Positions 62,633-64,000 of a stretch of DNA of 64,000 nucleotides are shown here, one piece after another. The stretch comes from Cyanobacteriota bacterium (GTDB taxonomy: Bacteria; Cyanobacteriota; Cyanobacteriia; Cyanobacteriales; Nostocaceae): assembly GCA_046045965.1 (NCBI GenBank), contig JBJOKS010000018.1, positions 56,297 to 120,296 of the forward strand. Direction: 5' to 3'. Numbering within the stretch: position 1 is the stretch's first letter; the number at the start of each line of letters is the position of its first letter. Below the pieces are notes generated by a model that did not search any database, was not told where the DNA came from, and worked only from the letters and a program-made list of their open reading frames with translations. Made by a program: the position numbers and the translations under genes.

Positions 62633-63181
62633 ATGATCAGCAAATTTTTCGCAGCCCCGGTACTAGTAATCGCCGGTTTATTGACAAATATGCTACCAAG
62701 TCAGGCTCAGACAGCTACTAACAACAATGACTACCGTGTCTGTGCAGCACGATTAGTGAGTGTGGGCGTTACAGCACAAGCCGCTGCTGAAGGTTGTGCC
62801 ACTGCACTGCGGCCTAGAGAGTTATCTAGCTGTGTGATTAAAATTAGCAAAGAGACACAAATTGCTACTCAAGATGCACTTAAGTCCTGTCGTCAAGCCC
62901 GCAACCCTAACGATATAGCTACCTGTGTAGTGGATGTCAGCAAAAACACTAACAACGAAATTAACCCTGATGTTTTAAGTTACTGTGGACGCAGTTTATT
63001 ACCTGTCAGGTTTGCCCAGTGCGTAGTGGGTTTGCGTAAAGAAATTGATTTAGCTCCCATTCAGGCTTTTGATAGTTGTATAGATGCCAGTGATCGCACC
63101 GTTGGTAGTGAGGCTGGAAGAACAACACCTAGTTTTGAAACTGTTCCTATACCATCAACTCCCAGTGGTGGTAACAGGTAG
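62633..63181 (+). CDS. Secreted Cys-repeat hypothetical protein
   Basis: Signal peptide (SQA-Q); eight regularly spaced Cys. Confidence 0.75.
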   Translation: MISKFFAAPVLVIAGLLTNMLPSQAQTATNNNDYRVCAARLVSVGVTAQAAAEGCATALRPRELSSCVIKISKETQIATQDALKSCRQARNPNDIATCVVDVSKNTNNEINPDVLSYCGRSLLPVRFAQCVVGLRKEIDLAPIQAFDSCIDASDRTVGSEAGRTTPSFETVPIPSTPSGGNR

Positions 63182-63534
63182 CAGTTAAAAATGGTGGAGT
63201 TTGGTATAGGGGTGTTAGGGTGTAGCGTTTCTTGAGATTTTACCTCTGCTACCACTCAATCACCTCATACCTTCTTTTTCTTTTTTCCACCTTAATTCCT
63301 TACTTTAGAGGGGACTAGAATTTGAGACTCTGTGAAGATAGCGGACTACTACCAACTATGTGAGAAACTTTGCTTTCTCTACATATTAGCCGCACTTGTG
63401 AGTCAATTGAGTCAATCAGGCTGATGTAATGTATATTCAGTTTTGGTGGTGATTTTGGCGAGTTGAGTTAATCAAGTTGTTGTTAGCAGCAGTGAGCAAA
63501 CAACTTCTAGCTTTTTTAACTAAGATTGTTAGTT

Positions 63535-64000
<466 letters not shown>

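Overview
64 kb of chromosome from a filamentous, very probably heterocyst-forming cyanobacterium (Nostocales). Support: hetR at the right edge, dense heptameric STRR arrays and frequent HIP1 GCGATCGC octamers. The first ~17.5 kb holds the bidirectional NiFe-hydrogenase locus (usp-hoxE-hoxF-hoxU-orf-hoxY-CBS/CP12-hoxH, plus a separate hoxW-acyl-CoA ligase unit). Divergent from it is an unusual 1301-aa hybrid kinase with its own OmpR-type DNA-binding domain and a FixL/DosP-like PAS domain. An identical 19-bp direct-repeat box with pho-box-like geometry precedes both hox transcription units, which suggests an undescribed O2-responsive regulon; this is inference. The rest of the window contains hhoA, tetR-devBCA, an 11-PAS cyanobacteriochrome kinase, an ORF-less IS200/IS605 derivative that keeps a TnpB omegaRNA-like right end, several MITE/REP/SDR elements nested in one another, an accessory patch (aspartic protease pair, DUF1963, orphan DUF4351 C-terminus, Uma2, HigBA), the ado-aar-accA-SDR-folE alkane cluster, a xisH/xisI scar and housekeeping genes (argD, tsaB, trpS, metF, psaK, trpF, moaA, rpsD). 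I found no rRNA, tRNA or CRISPR array. All calls come from motif recognition by eye; no database searches were run.
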